Below the pieces are notes generated by a model. That model made no database searches and was not told the DNA's origin. It was given only the letters and a program-made list of their open reading frames with translations. Both the position numbers and the translations under genes were made by a program. Below are positions 1 through 20,684 of a stretch of DNA of 64,000 nucleotides, piece after piece. How positions within the stretch are numbered: position 1 is the first letter of the stretch; each line of letters opens with the position of its first letter. Source of the stretch: Phaeosaccion multiseriatum (taxonomy: Eukaryota > Protista > Ochrophyta, other classes); assembly GCA_965112735.1 (NCBI GenBank), contig OZ218954.1, forward strand, positions 248,001 through 312,000, read 5' to 3'.

Positions 1-180
1 AGGGAGGGAGGGAGGGAGGGAGGGAGGGAGGGAGGGAGGGAGGGAGGGAGGGAGGGAGGGAGGGAGGGAGGGAGGGAGGGAGGGAGGGAGGGAGGGAGGG
101 AGGGAGGGAGGGAGGGAGGGAGGGAGGGAGGGAGGGAGGGAGGGAGGGGGGGAGGGAGGGAGGAAGGAAGGGAGGGAGGG
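1..180. repeat. (GGGA)n microsatellite, intronic
   Basis: Near-pure AGGG tandem run from the window start. Confidence 0.95.
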
Positions 181-250
181 GAGGGGACAGGGTGGAGGGG
201 AGGGGAGAGGGGGGGAAGAGTGAGCGTGTCGTTTGTTTGCGTCCGCGGGC

Positions 251-340
251 TGTGTCACCAACTACTGTATCACCAACTACTGTATCACCAGCTGCGGTAT
301 CACCAGCTCCTGTATCACCAACTGCTGTATCACCAACTGC
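251..340. repeat. 15-bp-period array of the TGTATCACCAAC motif (6 copies) just after a splice donor
   Basis: Copies start at 251, 266, 281, 296, 311 and 326. Confidence 0.9.
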
Positions 341-345
341 CGTAC

Positions 346-1184
346 CTGAAGGACGATGGCGGCAGCCCATAGCTCCCTCCGGTCTTTCCTCACAGAGTGA
401 TCGATGTAGAAAGGGAGGCCCTCCCTCTGTTCGGACAGGAATATGTCAGCGAGGGGCCCTCCGATGGGGGCCATGTTGTGCAGCCGGAGGAAGGCCCGGA
501 CACCCACGTGCCGTCGGAAGTTGGCCTGTATCGGGGGGTGGGGTTCGTGGATTGATGGCAGTGGATGGGAGTGGATTGATGGTAGTGGATGGCAGTGGAT
601 GGCAGTGGATGGCAGTGGATGGCAGTGGATGGCAGTGGATGGCAGTGGATGATGATGGCAATGGATGGCAGTGGATGGCAGTGGATGGCAGTGATGGCAG
701 TGGATAGCAGTGGAGGAGGATGATAGAGAGAGGAAGCCCACGATTAGGTAGGAGGGGAGGAAGCTTACGATGGCACTGGCGTGCATTGCCCGGGGCGGAG
801 GTGGATGAGGATGGCATAGGATGGCAGTGGATGAGGATGTCATCCCCTAAAACGTTTGGTTACGTCCCGCCTGACCCAGCCTAACGTGACGTCATGTATC
901 GTTACGTAACGTGACGTAACCCCCGTCCTTACGTACGTACCTGTATAGTCCGGGCCGCGCTCTCCCTGTCTCTGTACAGGGCATGTCTGCACACCCTTCG
1001 CCACTGCATCATCCGACGGCGGCAGTGCATGGGCTCTCTCCGCCGTATGATGTTCTGTAACCGTCACATATCGTTACGGAATGTGCAGGGGTGCGTCCCG
1101 GGGGGGACAGATAGAGATGGGGCGAGGAGTGGGGTCGGGTCAGCAATTGAGAATGAGCAAGAGCACGAGAGAGAGAGAGAGAGG

Positions 1185-1215
<31 letters not shown>

Positions 1216-4200
1216 GGGGAGAGACAAAGACCACTCTCTATTCACTATCCTGACACTCACCCACCCTCTGTCCTGACACCCACCCTCTGTCCTGACACCC
1301 ACCTACCCTGTCCTGACACTCACCCACCCTCTGTCCTGACAAACATTACTCTGTCCTGACACCCGATAACCTGTCAGTACTGTCCTGACACCCACCCACC
1401 GCTCAGTCCGGACACTTCTTACCGTCCCTACTGTCTGTCCTGACACCCGTTCCTCTGTCCTGACACGCACCCACCGCTCTGTCCTGACACTCACCCTAAG
1501 CTTGACAGCGGCGTGCCGTTGGCGATAGGAGAGTCCCCTTGCTTTGAAGCGCTGTTCCTCGCAGAAGATCTTCCACACACCAAGCCGAGGGGCCAGCACA
1601 GACAGGCGGAACTGCGGCAAGGGAACGGAGGGAGGGAGGGAGGGAGGGAGGGAGGGAGGGAGGGAGGGAGGGAGGGAGGGAGGGAGGGAGGGAGGGAGGG
1701 AGGGAGGGAGGGAGGGAGGGAGGGAGGGAGGGAGGGAGGGAGGGAGGGAGGGAGGGAGGGAGGGAGGGAGGGAGGGAGGGAGGGAGGGAGGGAGGGAGGG
1801 AGGGAGGGAGGGAGGGAGGGAGGGAGGGAGGGAGGGAGGGAGGGAGGGAGGGAGGGAGGGAGGGAGGGAGGGAGGCAGGGAGGGAAGAAGGGAACGTGGG
1901 GGGGGAGTGGAGTAAATAACCAACTTTGTCTCACACTGGCAGAGAAGGAAAGCCCCCCTTCACTGCACCCATATGCCTCTGTCCGTCACTCAGTACAGTC
2001 TCACCCATATTCCTCTGCATGTCCCTCTCCATCGACTGTCATTCTCACTGCCATTCTCACAGCCATCCTCACTGCCATCCATCACGTCACCAGTATGCGT
2101 CTGCATGCCTTCATATGCCTCTCCATGCCTGCATCCATCCACTGCCATCCTCACCTGCTCAAACCACAACCCCAGCGCTCTGGTCAGCTTGTCTCTCTCT
2201 CCTTGCACCGTCCCTTCCCCCCCGGGGTGTAGTCCCATCCCCCCGGGGAAGAGTCCTACCCCCCCGGGTCCACCCCCGGCGGGCTGAGAAGACAAGACCC
2301 CCTGGGGAGGTATGGCGTTAAGATTGAGGTCCACCACGGCCTCCATCTCCTCCCCATATGCCTCTAAGGTGCGCTGTACAGCGAAGGCCTCCTGCTTTAG
2401 CAGACGCAGGGCCTCTTTCTGCTCGGCCAGCACTCTGTATATGTGTTATTACGTAAGGGGTAGGTGTAGAAGCATACGGGGGATGAAGAGGCGTATGAGA
2501 ATGGGGAAGGCTTTGGGGGGCGGTGTTGTCTCCCTCCCTCGTTCCCTTCCAGCCTCCCTCCCTCCCTCCCTTCCTTCCTTCCTTCCTCCCACCCTCCCAC
2601 CCTCCCTCCCTTCCGCCCTCCCTCCTTTCGTCCCTCGTTCCCTCCCTCTCTCCCTCCCTCCATCCCTCCTTCCATCCCTCCCTCCCTCCCTCCCTCCCTC
2701 CCTCCCTCCTTCGCATCACGAACACGCTCACTACTCACCTCTGCCCGACGATGTCGTCAGTCATGAGATCATCGTCGGCCCCAACGAGCGCCCTTCGCGG
2801 CCTTCTACTCCCACCACCAGTTGGTGATACACGAGCTGGTGATAAAGCAGTTGGTGATACAGCAGTTGGCGAGACGCTAGTTGGTGATACACGAGCTGGC
2901 GATACAGATCGCGCCCCAGCCCCAGCAGTTGGTGATACGGACAATACTCCACCCCCACCACCCCTCCCTCTGTGAATCGGACTCATCTCCCCCTCTCCCT
3001 CCGTCCCTCCCAGGAGAATGCGCCTTAAGCGGTTGGTTCTCTGGAAGCGCCGCCATTTGCGGAAGCCCTCGCGGGTTTCCTCCTCCGCCATGTGTGCCCC
3101 CCTCTCTGCACGACTCCTCCTCGCTGCCGCCGTGTGAAGACGTCCAATGTCTTTGGCGTCGACCATGCTTCCTCCGCGTATCATCAACCTCTCCGGACTC
3201 AAGAGGGCCTGCGACTCCAGATACGGCTGCAGCAACAGGGCCGAATCTGTATCACCATCTGGACCCCCGTCTCCTTCACCTTGACCACCTCTTCTTCTTC
3301 CTCCTCGTCCTCGTTGACTCGGGAAGTCTCCTCTTCCTCCATCGAAGCGGCTCCGAATGGCGTCTTCAAAGGCATTGGGAGAGAGGCGTCTAGCCCCCCC
3401 CGCACCGCCGCCGCCGCCGCCGGAAGAGTAACCGTCGAAACTGCTACCCAAACTGCTGCCAAAGCTAGCCCCACCACCAGGCTCTCCTTCATCAGAGGAA
3501 TAGAAGTCCAGGTAGGAGTAGCCGTGTTGGTGCAACGGCCTGTCAGTGCTCTTGATGTCAGCTGTGAGTCTGCTGCCTGTATAACAACTACTACTGTTGC
3601 CCACACCTCCTTGCCGTCTCTGTTCTTCCACGTCCTTCACTTCCCGCTCGCTACCGCTACTGCTGCTGCTGCTGCTGCTCCTGCTGCTGCTACGCCCACT
3701 AACCCTCCTCCTCCTCCTCCTCCTGCCATCCACTGCCGTCCCTCCCTGTGCCCATGCACTGCCATCCCCATCCTCTCTGCTGAAGCCTGGCCCCTTCTCT
3801 GGCGGCCAATCGTAGCCCATCTGAGTGAGTCGAAAGCCTCCCTTCGCGGCAGAGGAAGGCGGTCTATCACCGTGCCCATATACCTCTACTGCCAGAGGTG
3901 TGCCCGTTGGTGATACAGCACTTGGTGATAGAGCGGGAGGCATGCCTCCGTGTCTAGCCTTGAGACTGAGGCGAAGATACTCCCGCTCCCTCACTCTCTC
4001 TCTCGCCTTCTCCCTCTCTCTCTCCCTCTCTCTCCCCTGTGCGCTGTGGAAGGCCATGTCCCTCGGGAGTTCGAATCCGATCGACACCTGTGAGGGGAGG
4101 AGTCCATAGAGAAAGAGACAGGTGATTGAGGTCGCTAAGGTTATGTAAGGTTGTGTAAGACGACAAATGAAATAAACATAAGGCAGGGAGACAGAGAGAG

Positions 4201-6853
4201 GGGGAGGGGGAGGGGGCAGGAAGCTTGAAGGAATCCGATTGATCTGATTGATTCACATGAAAGTGACCGACCCAACCGACCAACCGACCAGATGACCGAG
4301 CGAGCGACTGTCCCACGGAGGATGGCAGTGGATGGCAAGGAAAGGTGGCAGTGGATGGCAAGGACGGATGGCAGTGGATGGCAAGGAAGGATGGCAGTGG
4401 ATGGCAAGGAAGGCGGCAGTACGTACCTTTTTTGTTGTCTTTGATTGAAGCACTCCAAGACCTCTTGACCTTTCAAGGGATGGCAGTGGAAGGGGGGGAG
4501 GGAGGGAGGGAGGGAGGGAGGGGGGGCGTGATGGAGCTTGAAACACTCACACACTCATCCGCTCCCACTCACACACACTCACACTCACATTCTCACACTT
4601 ACACACACACTTACACTTACACACACACTTACACTTACACTTACACACACACACACACACACACACACTTACACACACACACACTCACTCTCACACACAC
4701 ACACACACACACCTGAGCAGCGGGCTGTGGCTCCTGGCGCGAGTGGGCGGAGGAGAGCGTCCCGTCTGCTGCCGTCCCCTCCTGACGTGCCCCCCCTCGG
4801 CGATGCTGTAGTGGGCACGACATGAGCTGTAGGCTGATGATGTAACCGATGTAACCGTCCCCCACTCGCCTGTAAGCCGTCCCTTGTCATCCACTGCCAT
4901 GCTCCTCCCTCCTCTTTTCCCTCTGCCTCCTGTCCATGTGCCTCCGTCACGCGCATCTCCTCCCCTCCGTCCACCATCGGCACTCCACGGACGTTGCCTC
5001 CGCCTCGACATGGACCCCACTATCGATTTTCTCGATATCGAACTCGACATCGGCCTCGATATTGTCCCCCTCTGCTGCTGCTCCCGGGGGAAGTCCTCCC
5101 AGTAGCTGCTCTCTAGTCCTTCTTCCGACCGAAATCTTCCTCCTCCTCCTCCGCAGTGAGGCCGGGGCGGTGAGTACGAGACACTTCTCCCCTCCTCGCC
5201 CTCCTCGACGCGGAAACCCCCCTTCCCTTTCCTCTGCCTCTGCCTTTGCCTATTGTGCTTGTTCTGCTCGTGTTGGTGATGTGGTGTGGGAGAGAGCGGC
5301 GCCATTTGCTGTCCCTTGCGCCCCCCCCGGGGACTCCAGACCTCTTTGATGGTCGCATCGTTCGTCTCAGGCCGCCTAAAGAGAAAGAAGAGAGGGAGAG
5401 AGGGAGGGGGGGAGGGGGGGAGGGGGGGCCGTTACGAACCCGTTGAAGAGCTTGAAAGCTTCACCCTGAGGGATTTATGCACTACCGTTAACAAACGCGC
5501 AGCTCACCTGCCCAGCGTGTCCAGGACATGGCGGTTGACGTTAACGTCGTTGAGGTTGAGGTTGGCAGGGCCGTTAACGTTGCCGTTACTGTTGCCACTA
5601 GTGTTAAGGGCCTCTGCTGAGGTTAACGCGAAGGCTGTGGAGGGCCTCGTGTCCGCCAAAGCTCGGTACGTGTGGTAGGCTTGCAGCTGTTGGTATTCAC
5701 TGACATATGGGGAGGTGCAAAGCACATGGTAAAGGTATACGGGGAGGGGGGTCAGAGCAGCTGCTGATACTCACTACCGCAGGGGGATGTGGTAGACGCA
5801 TATGGGTGATGGTAGTAAGTCAATGGGTGGTGGCACAGGGAAAGAGCACACAATATAACACCCTCCCTCCCTCCTTCCCTCCCTCTCTCCCTTCCTCCCT
5901 CCCTCCCTCCCTCCATCCCTCCCTCCCTCCCTTCCTCCTCCCTCCCTCCTTCCCTCCTTCCCTCCCTCCCTCCCTTCCCCTCTCCCTCCCTCCCTCCCTC
6001 CCTCCCTCCTTCCCTCCCTCCTTCCCTCCCTCCCTCCCTCCCTCCCTCCCTCCCTCCCTCCCTCCTTCCCTCCCTCCCTCCCTTCCTCCCTCCCTCCCTC
6101 TCTCCCTCTCTCTCCCTCCCTCCCTCCTTCCCTCCCTCTCTCCCTCCCTCCCTCCCTCCCTCCCTCCCTCCCTCCCTCCCTCCCTCCTTCCCTCCCTCCC
6201 TCTCTCCCTCTCTCTCCCTCCCTCCCTCCTTCCCTCCCTCTCTCTCTCCCTCCTTCCCTTCCGCCCTCCCTCCATCCCTCCCTCCCCTCCGTCCCTCCCT
6301 CCCTCCCTCCCTCCTTCCCTCCCTCCCTCTCTCCCTCTCTCTGCCTCCCTCCCTCCTTCCCTCCCTCTCTCTCTCCCTCCCTCCCTCCCTCCCTTCCGCC
6401 CTCCGTCCATCCCTCCCTCCCCTCCCTCCCTCCCTCCCTCTCTCCCTCCCTCTCTCCCTCTCTCTCCCTCCCTCCCTCCTTCCCTCCCTGTCTCTCTCCC
6501 TCCCTCCCTTCCGCCCTCCCTCCATCCCTCCCTCCCCTCCCTCCCTCCCTCCCTCCCTCCCTCCCTCTCTCCCTCCCTCCCTCTCTCCCTCTCTCCCTCC
6601 CTCCCTCCCCACCCTCCCTCCCTCCCTCCCCTCTCTCCCTCCCTCCCTCCCTCCCTTCCTTCCTCTCTCACCTGACCACGAGGTCGGCACCAACGGGACT
6701 GAGCGCAGCATCTAAGCCTCTCGGCCGAGGGGCAGGAAGCCCCACCTCCGCGCCCTCCCCATATTCCTCCAGATTGCCGCCCCTCCCCCGCCCTCTCTCC
6801 CGTGCCACTTGCCCGGCCTGAGGACCCGGAAACCACACCCGAGGAACCTGTGT

Positions 6854-6901
<48 letters not shown>

Positions 6902-9900
6902 GTGCGTGTGTGTGTGTGCGTGTGTGTGTGCGTGTAGAGAGAGAGATAGGGGAAGCAGTTTCAGCTTCATTGTCAGTTTCAATATTGTGATACATCGACA
7001 TTCTCGACAGAGATGGATCATCTCGATAACACACAAATTGAATCCTCGAGTAATTTTGGAGTCAGAAACTGACACCAAACTAAACCGAAACTGAAACGAA
7101 CGCACGCATCTGCAAGTAAAGCTGAAACTGCAACTCACCTGATAGCCCAGGCGTCTGTCCGTGGTGACGTAATCAGTCGGGTCCTGTACCCCAACAACGG
7201 GCACGTCCTGATACGGCCAGGGGATGGCAGTGGATGGCAGTGGATGGCAGTGGATGAGGGCGGGGGGGAGCACTCGTCGGGTGAGTTTAAGCTCTACGGA
7301 TGTAAGTGACAGTCACTGACGTCATCTCAGACATCGACCAGTCCCAGACCCCATACGACCAGTTACTGACCCCACACGACCAGTCAATGACCCCATACGA
7401 CCAGTCACTGGCAAGTCGTCGACCAGCCCCAGACCCCATACAACCAGTTACTGACCCCACACGACCAGTCAATGACCCCATACGACCAGTCACTGGCAAG
7501 TCGTCGACCAGCCCCAGACCCCATACGACCAGTTACTGACCCCACACGACCAGTCACTGAACTCGTACGACCAGTCACTGGCAAGTCGTCGACCAGCCCC
7601 AGACCCCATACAACCAGTTACTGACCCCGCACGACCAGTCACTGAACTCATACAAGTCACTGACAAGTCATCGACCAGTCTCAGACTCCATACGACCAGT
7701 TACTGACCCCACGCGACCAGTCACGAAACTCATACAAGTCACTGACAAGTCATCGACCAGTCTCAGACTCCATACAACCAGTTACTGACCCCACACGACC
7801 AGTCACTGAACTCATACAAGTCACTGACAAGTCATCGACCAGTCTCAGACCCCATACGACCAGTTACTGACCCCACACGACCAGTCACTGAACTCATAGA
7901 ACCAGTCTCAGACCCCATACGAGCAGTTACTGACCCCGCACGACCAGTCAGTGAACTCATACAAGTCACTGACAAGTCATCGACCAGTCTCAGACTCCAT
8001 ACGACCTGTTACTGACCCCATACGACCAGCCACTGGCAAGTCGTCGACCAGCCCCAGACGCCATACGACCAGTTACTGACCGCACAAGACCAGTCACTGA
8101 ACTCATACGACAAGTCACTGACAAGTCATCGACCAGTCTCAGACCCCATACGACAAGTTACTGACCCCACACGACCAGTTACAGTTACTGACTCCACACG
8201 ACCAGTCACTGACAAGTCCCTGACCCCATCTCCGCCACTGACCTCACTCAGCTCCGAGCCGAAAAGAACAGCAGGGCGCACAGGGGGCGGAGAGGAGAAG
8301 CGCTGCAGAGTCCGTCCCTCGCCTGACAGGGGGGCGGGTAGGTAGGGGAGTTGGGTGTACGGGGGGGGGGGGGGGGTCACCAATGGCATATGGCAGCTTA
8401 GATGTGAGGGCTATGGTCGGAAGTAGGCGCAGGAGGAGAAAGCAATAGGAGGTAGAAAGAAAGAGGGAGAGAGAGAGAGTGAGAGGCAGATAGAGGCAGA
8501 GAGAGGGGAAGAGAGACGCAGTCATGGAGCATCAAGACACCGCATCCACTGCCATCCCCTCCCATCCACTGCCATCCTAGCCCATTCCTACTCACTGGCT
8601 GTGACAGCTGCAGCCTTCCCCTCCTCCGCCGTCGTCGGATCCATGCCGAGACCCCCTTGCCGTTTCAGTTTGCTCGCGTCAAGCTTAAGTGTGGTGAAGA
8701 AACGCTCCACCCCCCTCCTCCTCCCAATCCTTCCATCCGCTGCCATCGCCTCGTGTCCACTGCCATCCACTGCCATCCCACCATCACCAATGGCTATGCC
8801 ATCCACTGCCATCCCACCGCCACCCCCGGAGAGTCGTCCTCCTCCTCCTACTGCTGCTGCTCCTCCTCCTCCTCCTCCACCTCCCTCTCTCGCTGCCGCT
8901 GTACGACCAACTGCTGCGAGCGATTGGAGTCGCCGCCGCGAAGGAGAGAGAGAGGCTGGGGCTGCCCCCCCCTCCCTCCCCCCCCCTCCTCCCCCTCCTT
9001 CTCCGCCTCCACTCGGAAAGGCTTCCCCTGCTCCTTCTCCTCCTCCATCCCTTCTTTCCTTTGATGACTTATTCTTCTTCCAGGTGCTCTCCCGGGGGGG
9101 CGAAAATGCCGCGGGGGGGGACAATAATGCCCGAGGGGGAGACAATGCCCCCAGGGGGTGTTGGCGCGGCCTCTTCCTTCCTTGCTTCCTCGTCGGCGAG
9201 AGAGCATTGCTCCCCTGAAGCCCCCCACCCCCTCTCTCCCCTCCTCTTCCGCCTCCTCCTCCTCCTCCTCCTCCTCCTCCTCCTCCGTGGGGTAGTCGCT
9301 GCTGCTGTTTCTGCTGATGTTTCGTCTCATCCTTTGGGTTGGGCCGCTTGACACGCCCCAGGGGGGTTGCTTCAAGCGGCTTCAAGCGCCACTCGTCCCG
9401 TGGGTACGCGGAAGGCGGTCTCTGACTCGTCGTCGCCATCTGCTGCCCTCTGTCGGCGTCTGAAGCGCCCGCTGGATCACCAACTGTTGCTCTTGTTCCC
9501 TTCTTTCCCGTCTTCGTTGTTCCTCTACTCAACTCCAGGAGGAAGGAGAGCAGCACGCAGCAGTTGGTAGATATACTGTCACAGTTGGCTTGACTGCAGC
9601 CCAGGGGTGGCGCTCTCTCCCTCTGCTGTATCACCATCTGCTGTGGCTTGCCGGGCCGGGCGGGGGCGTGATTCGACGACCCAGTGGTGCCTGCTGTATC
9701 ACCAACTGCTGAAATACCGAGGCCTCGCACCTCCTCCTCGTCCATCGCCTTCTTGCATAGGCCAATGAGGTCCAGGAGGACGTCCTGCAGCAGTTGGTGA
9801 TACAGTACGGGAGGAGAAGGCGAATACCCGTCCCGTTGACTCCTCTTCCCCTTCCCCTTCTTGCCCTCACCCCTCCATCTGCTGCCATCCTTGCCCTTCC

Positions 9901-10008
9901 CCCTCCCCTCCAACGCACTCCGCACGTCCGGAGGAAGGAGACCGAGAAGCCGCTCCATCGCCGTAGGTATAGTATCCATCTGTTGGGGTGCTGCTACTGT
10001 ATCACCAA

Positions 10009-10040
<32 letters not shown>

Positions 10041-10711
10041 ACTACTGCTGTCGTGGGCTGCCCCCCCTGCCCCTCCCCCCCCCCCCCCTCCCTCTCACCC
10101 TCTTGGGCGGCAGCGCCGATGCTACTCTCCCTCTCCTCTTCTCTACGAAGGTGCTCGAGGTGATGCAGAAGCATATGGGCGAGAACGTAGACTGCCATCC
10201 CCCGGGTATACAGAGGCCTTCCTCCCTGCGCCTGTGACTGCGGATCACCAACTCGTGTGCCCGTGTCAGCGTCGTCGTCCATCAGTATGGCAAGCACCCT
10301 TGACAGCGGAGCGAAGGTGACTGCAGTGGTAGGGGGAGGAAGGGGAGGCGAAGTGTCTCCATCCACTGCCATCCCCTCGACATCCTCTGCCTCCTCTTTC
10401 TCATGTTCTTGCCCTGGCCCACGAAGCCCGCCCCGTTTGGCCCCTCCTCCTCCTCCTCCTCCTCCTCCTCGTGGGGGAAGGAGAGACTGCAGCCACAAGT
10501 CTTCCACACTGCAGCCTCCTGTATGACCAACTGCTGGTGAAGAGGATAGTGCTGGGCATTGGGATGTGTGATCGTTGCCCTCCTCCTCCTCCGCCACCCC
10601 GTTACGAGGAGCGACTGTATCACCAACTCCTGAGGCTGGGCCAGCTTTGCGGAAAGCGGGCAACCGCTCCTTAGGGACGCGCGCTGGGGACAGTAGATCA
10701 GCAGCCGTCAT
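346..10711 (-). CDS. Large low-complexity protein with C-terminal IQ (calmodulin-binding) motifs; 12 exons in the window, 3' end continues beyond position 1
   Basis: Phase-consistent GT-AG chain, approximate exons 10711-8596, 8322-8242, 7207-7139, 6847-6672, 5699-5508, 5375-4713, 4470-4427, 4087-2739, 2433-2155, 1611-1495, 1054-941, 525-346. Splicing creates AARTIQ|[12 protein letters not shown] (IQ motif) and starts a second one (AAAIVLQ|). No orthologue recognised. Confidence 0.65.
550..710. repeat. (GGATGGCAGT)n 10-bp array, intronic
   Basis: Tandem GGATGGCAGT units with short variants. Confidence 0.9.
1627..1875. repeat. (GGGA)n microsatellite; reads (CCCT)n before an acceptor on the coding strand
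   Basis: Pure tetranucleotide run next to the acceptor at 1612-1613. Confidence 0.95.
5862..6668. repeat. Degenerate (CCCT)n microsatellite filling most of an intron
   Basis: About 800 bp pyrimidine-only tract on the + strand. Confidence 0.95.
7330..8230. repeat. Intronic minisatellite built from GACCCCAYACGACCAGTYACT subunits
   Basis: About 900 bp of nested 20-60 bp repeats. Confidence 0.9.
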
Positions 10712-11455
10712 GGCGCCGTTGCTGCTGCTGTTGCTGCTGGTCTGTCACCAGTTTGCCGTTTGTGCCTCTCGAGGCTGAGGGAGCATCGTGGGCGTATACG
10801 TGAGCATAGAGAGCCAATGGCTTCGTAAACACACGTCAAAAAAAACCGCTCACCCACTCGCTGCCGCCAATGATGGATCCTGCGGTCGGAAAAGTAAACG
10901 TGTCTGTGGGGCGGATTTCTCACATGGCAGTGGAGGAAGACATAGCCATTGCCCACATTGCTGCTTCTGCTTCAGCACAATCCGCACCCGCTTCGTCTTC
11001 TTATTCCTCCTTCTCTGGCTGCTGCCTCTGCTGGTGCTGGTGCTCCCTCCTATTTCCCTCCCTCTTTTTCCGCCTCTCTCCTCTTCCTTTTTTTGGTCCT
11101 GATCGTTTGGCTGCTGCTATTTCTCGACCCCCCTCAAGCTCTCTTTTTCTAGCACATCATGGGGCCGTTTTCCCTCTTCATTACGTACTCCCGCTCTCCT
11201 GCAATGGTGGTATGTTGAGTTCGGAAAATCCGTTATGAGGGTTGAGCTTTGTTCACGTGTTGGCTCTACGGTCGTTGCCAGCTAACATCACCCGCGACGT
11301 CGGAATGAAAGTCAAAAGTTGAAAAAAGAGAAGGACACGTCGATGAACAAGCATCCTTAGGACTCCAGGTAGCTTCTTGGATGTCTTGGGGGGGATCTAG
11401 CTGAAGACGCAGCACAAAGAGGACCTAATCGAGGAGTAGAGGAGTAGAGTGGGGG

Positions 11456-19162
<7,707 letters not shown>

Positions 19163-20684
19163 GGGTCACAAATGGCTCTCATGTTCACAAATGGCAAATG
19201 GATTGCCCAAATGATGGAGGAGTACTATTGACGAAGGGTGCCAATGGGCGGGAAGGAGGAGCCTGATGAAGCGGTTGGTGGTACAGCGCACGAGCAGTGG
19301 GGCACCTCCTCACGAGCTCTGTATTGGACCAGGAGTCTTCCAGCAGGCAAGTAGAGCTGTTGGTGATATAGCAGAGCAGATGGATGACGGCCGTCTGAGG
19401 AAAGGAAGGTCTTCGAACCGAGATTTTGAGTCGCCACCACGGCTTTTTTATGTAGGGGCATTCGATGCTTGTCTTTAAAATTAAAATGATATAAGATTGC
19501 AAGTAGAAGCAAAATGGAGAACAATCTCTCTTAATTGAGAATTGATCTCTTAATTGAGATATCGATATCTTAATTGGTACACGTACGCTTCTCTCTCCCG
19601 ACTGCTGCACCGGCACACTAGCGAGGCCCACGCCGCCCGTAAGCCTCCAAATGTGGCCAACACGAGGGCGTAGGGCAGACCATATGCTGCTAAATCTCGA
19701 TAGCCGGCCCCTGTCTCGCGAGGTCGAAGAATGTAGCACCTACCTGCTCAGCACTCCGCACCTGCTCAACCTGCCTGCCCTGCTGTCCACTCGGGGGGGG
19801 GGCTCTACCATGGGTGTCACTGGGTATGGCTGAGGACGTGTGTGGTGAGCGAGTGTGTGGGAGAGGGTGGGTGGGTGGGTGGGTGGGTAGTAAGTCAATG
19901 GGTGGGTGGGTGGGAGAGGTGCTCTCGTTTCCGCACCGGGGGGGGGAGAGGCACGCTCCTCCTCCTCCTCCTCCTCCTCCTCCTCCTCCTCCTCCTCCTC
20001 CTCCTCCTCCTCCTCCTGCTCCTCCTCCTCCTCCTGTTGCAAGGACCAAGCCAACTGTGAACGAAACAAGGTTCCGGAGAATGAGTGAAACCTTCCACAG
20101 GCATGTGTATGTTCTGTGGACGCGCCTTGGCGTCGTCCACATTGTGTTGACATGATGTGCACCTTGCCCTCTATCATGGCCACGCTGCATCACCCCGCAC
20201 ACCACTTGTCACCAACGGCCCAACAGAAGGACATGACGAGTATGCATGTATGCATCCATCTTTCGCAAGCCCTAGTGGACAATGAGCCCTTCTCGAGGTA
20301 AGGCCGCACCCACCGCACCCACGAGTGCCGCTCTTCCCGCCTGTTGGTGATTCGCCCCATTGGCGTCTCAGCAGTCACAATCTGCTCCTTGAGAGCTGCA
20401 CGCCGTCAACTGACCGCTGCCGCTTTACATGGCCGCCGTCCTTGCCAGTCTTAACACAACTGCAGACCGCCGCTTCTTCACCCCAAACACATCTGTCGAT
20501 CTGTCCTTCGCTACATCTTCATGCAGCGCTGGAGCAGCGCCAACTTCATCACCACCTCCTCCCTCGTCCTGCTCATCCCAGGCTCCCTCCGTGTTGCTTG
20601 TTTGCTGAATGCCATCGAAGGTGCATACAGCACCCTACTCTATGGCAGTGTATGGCAGTCTATGGCAGTGTATGGCACTCTACT

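Noticed and set aside
550-710. Telomeric or interstitial telomere repeat interpretation of GGATGGCAGT or GGGA arrays
   Set aside because: No match to TTAGGG/TTTAGGG-type repeats; dispersed in both orientations inside genes
7330-8230. Possible CRISPR array or repeat-coding exon
   Set aside because: No unique spacers, contains stops, and lies within a phase-consistent intron
19600-20650. Unique-sequence ORF fragments downstream of the zinc-finger gene (possible transposase or pseudogene)
   Set aside because: No recognisable motif or consistent splice chain in any frame; needs a tBLASTx search
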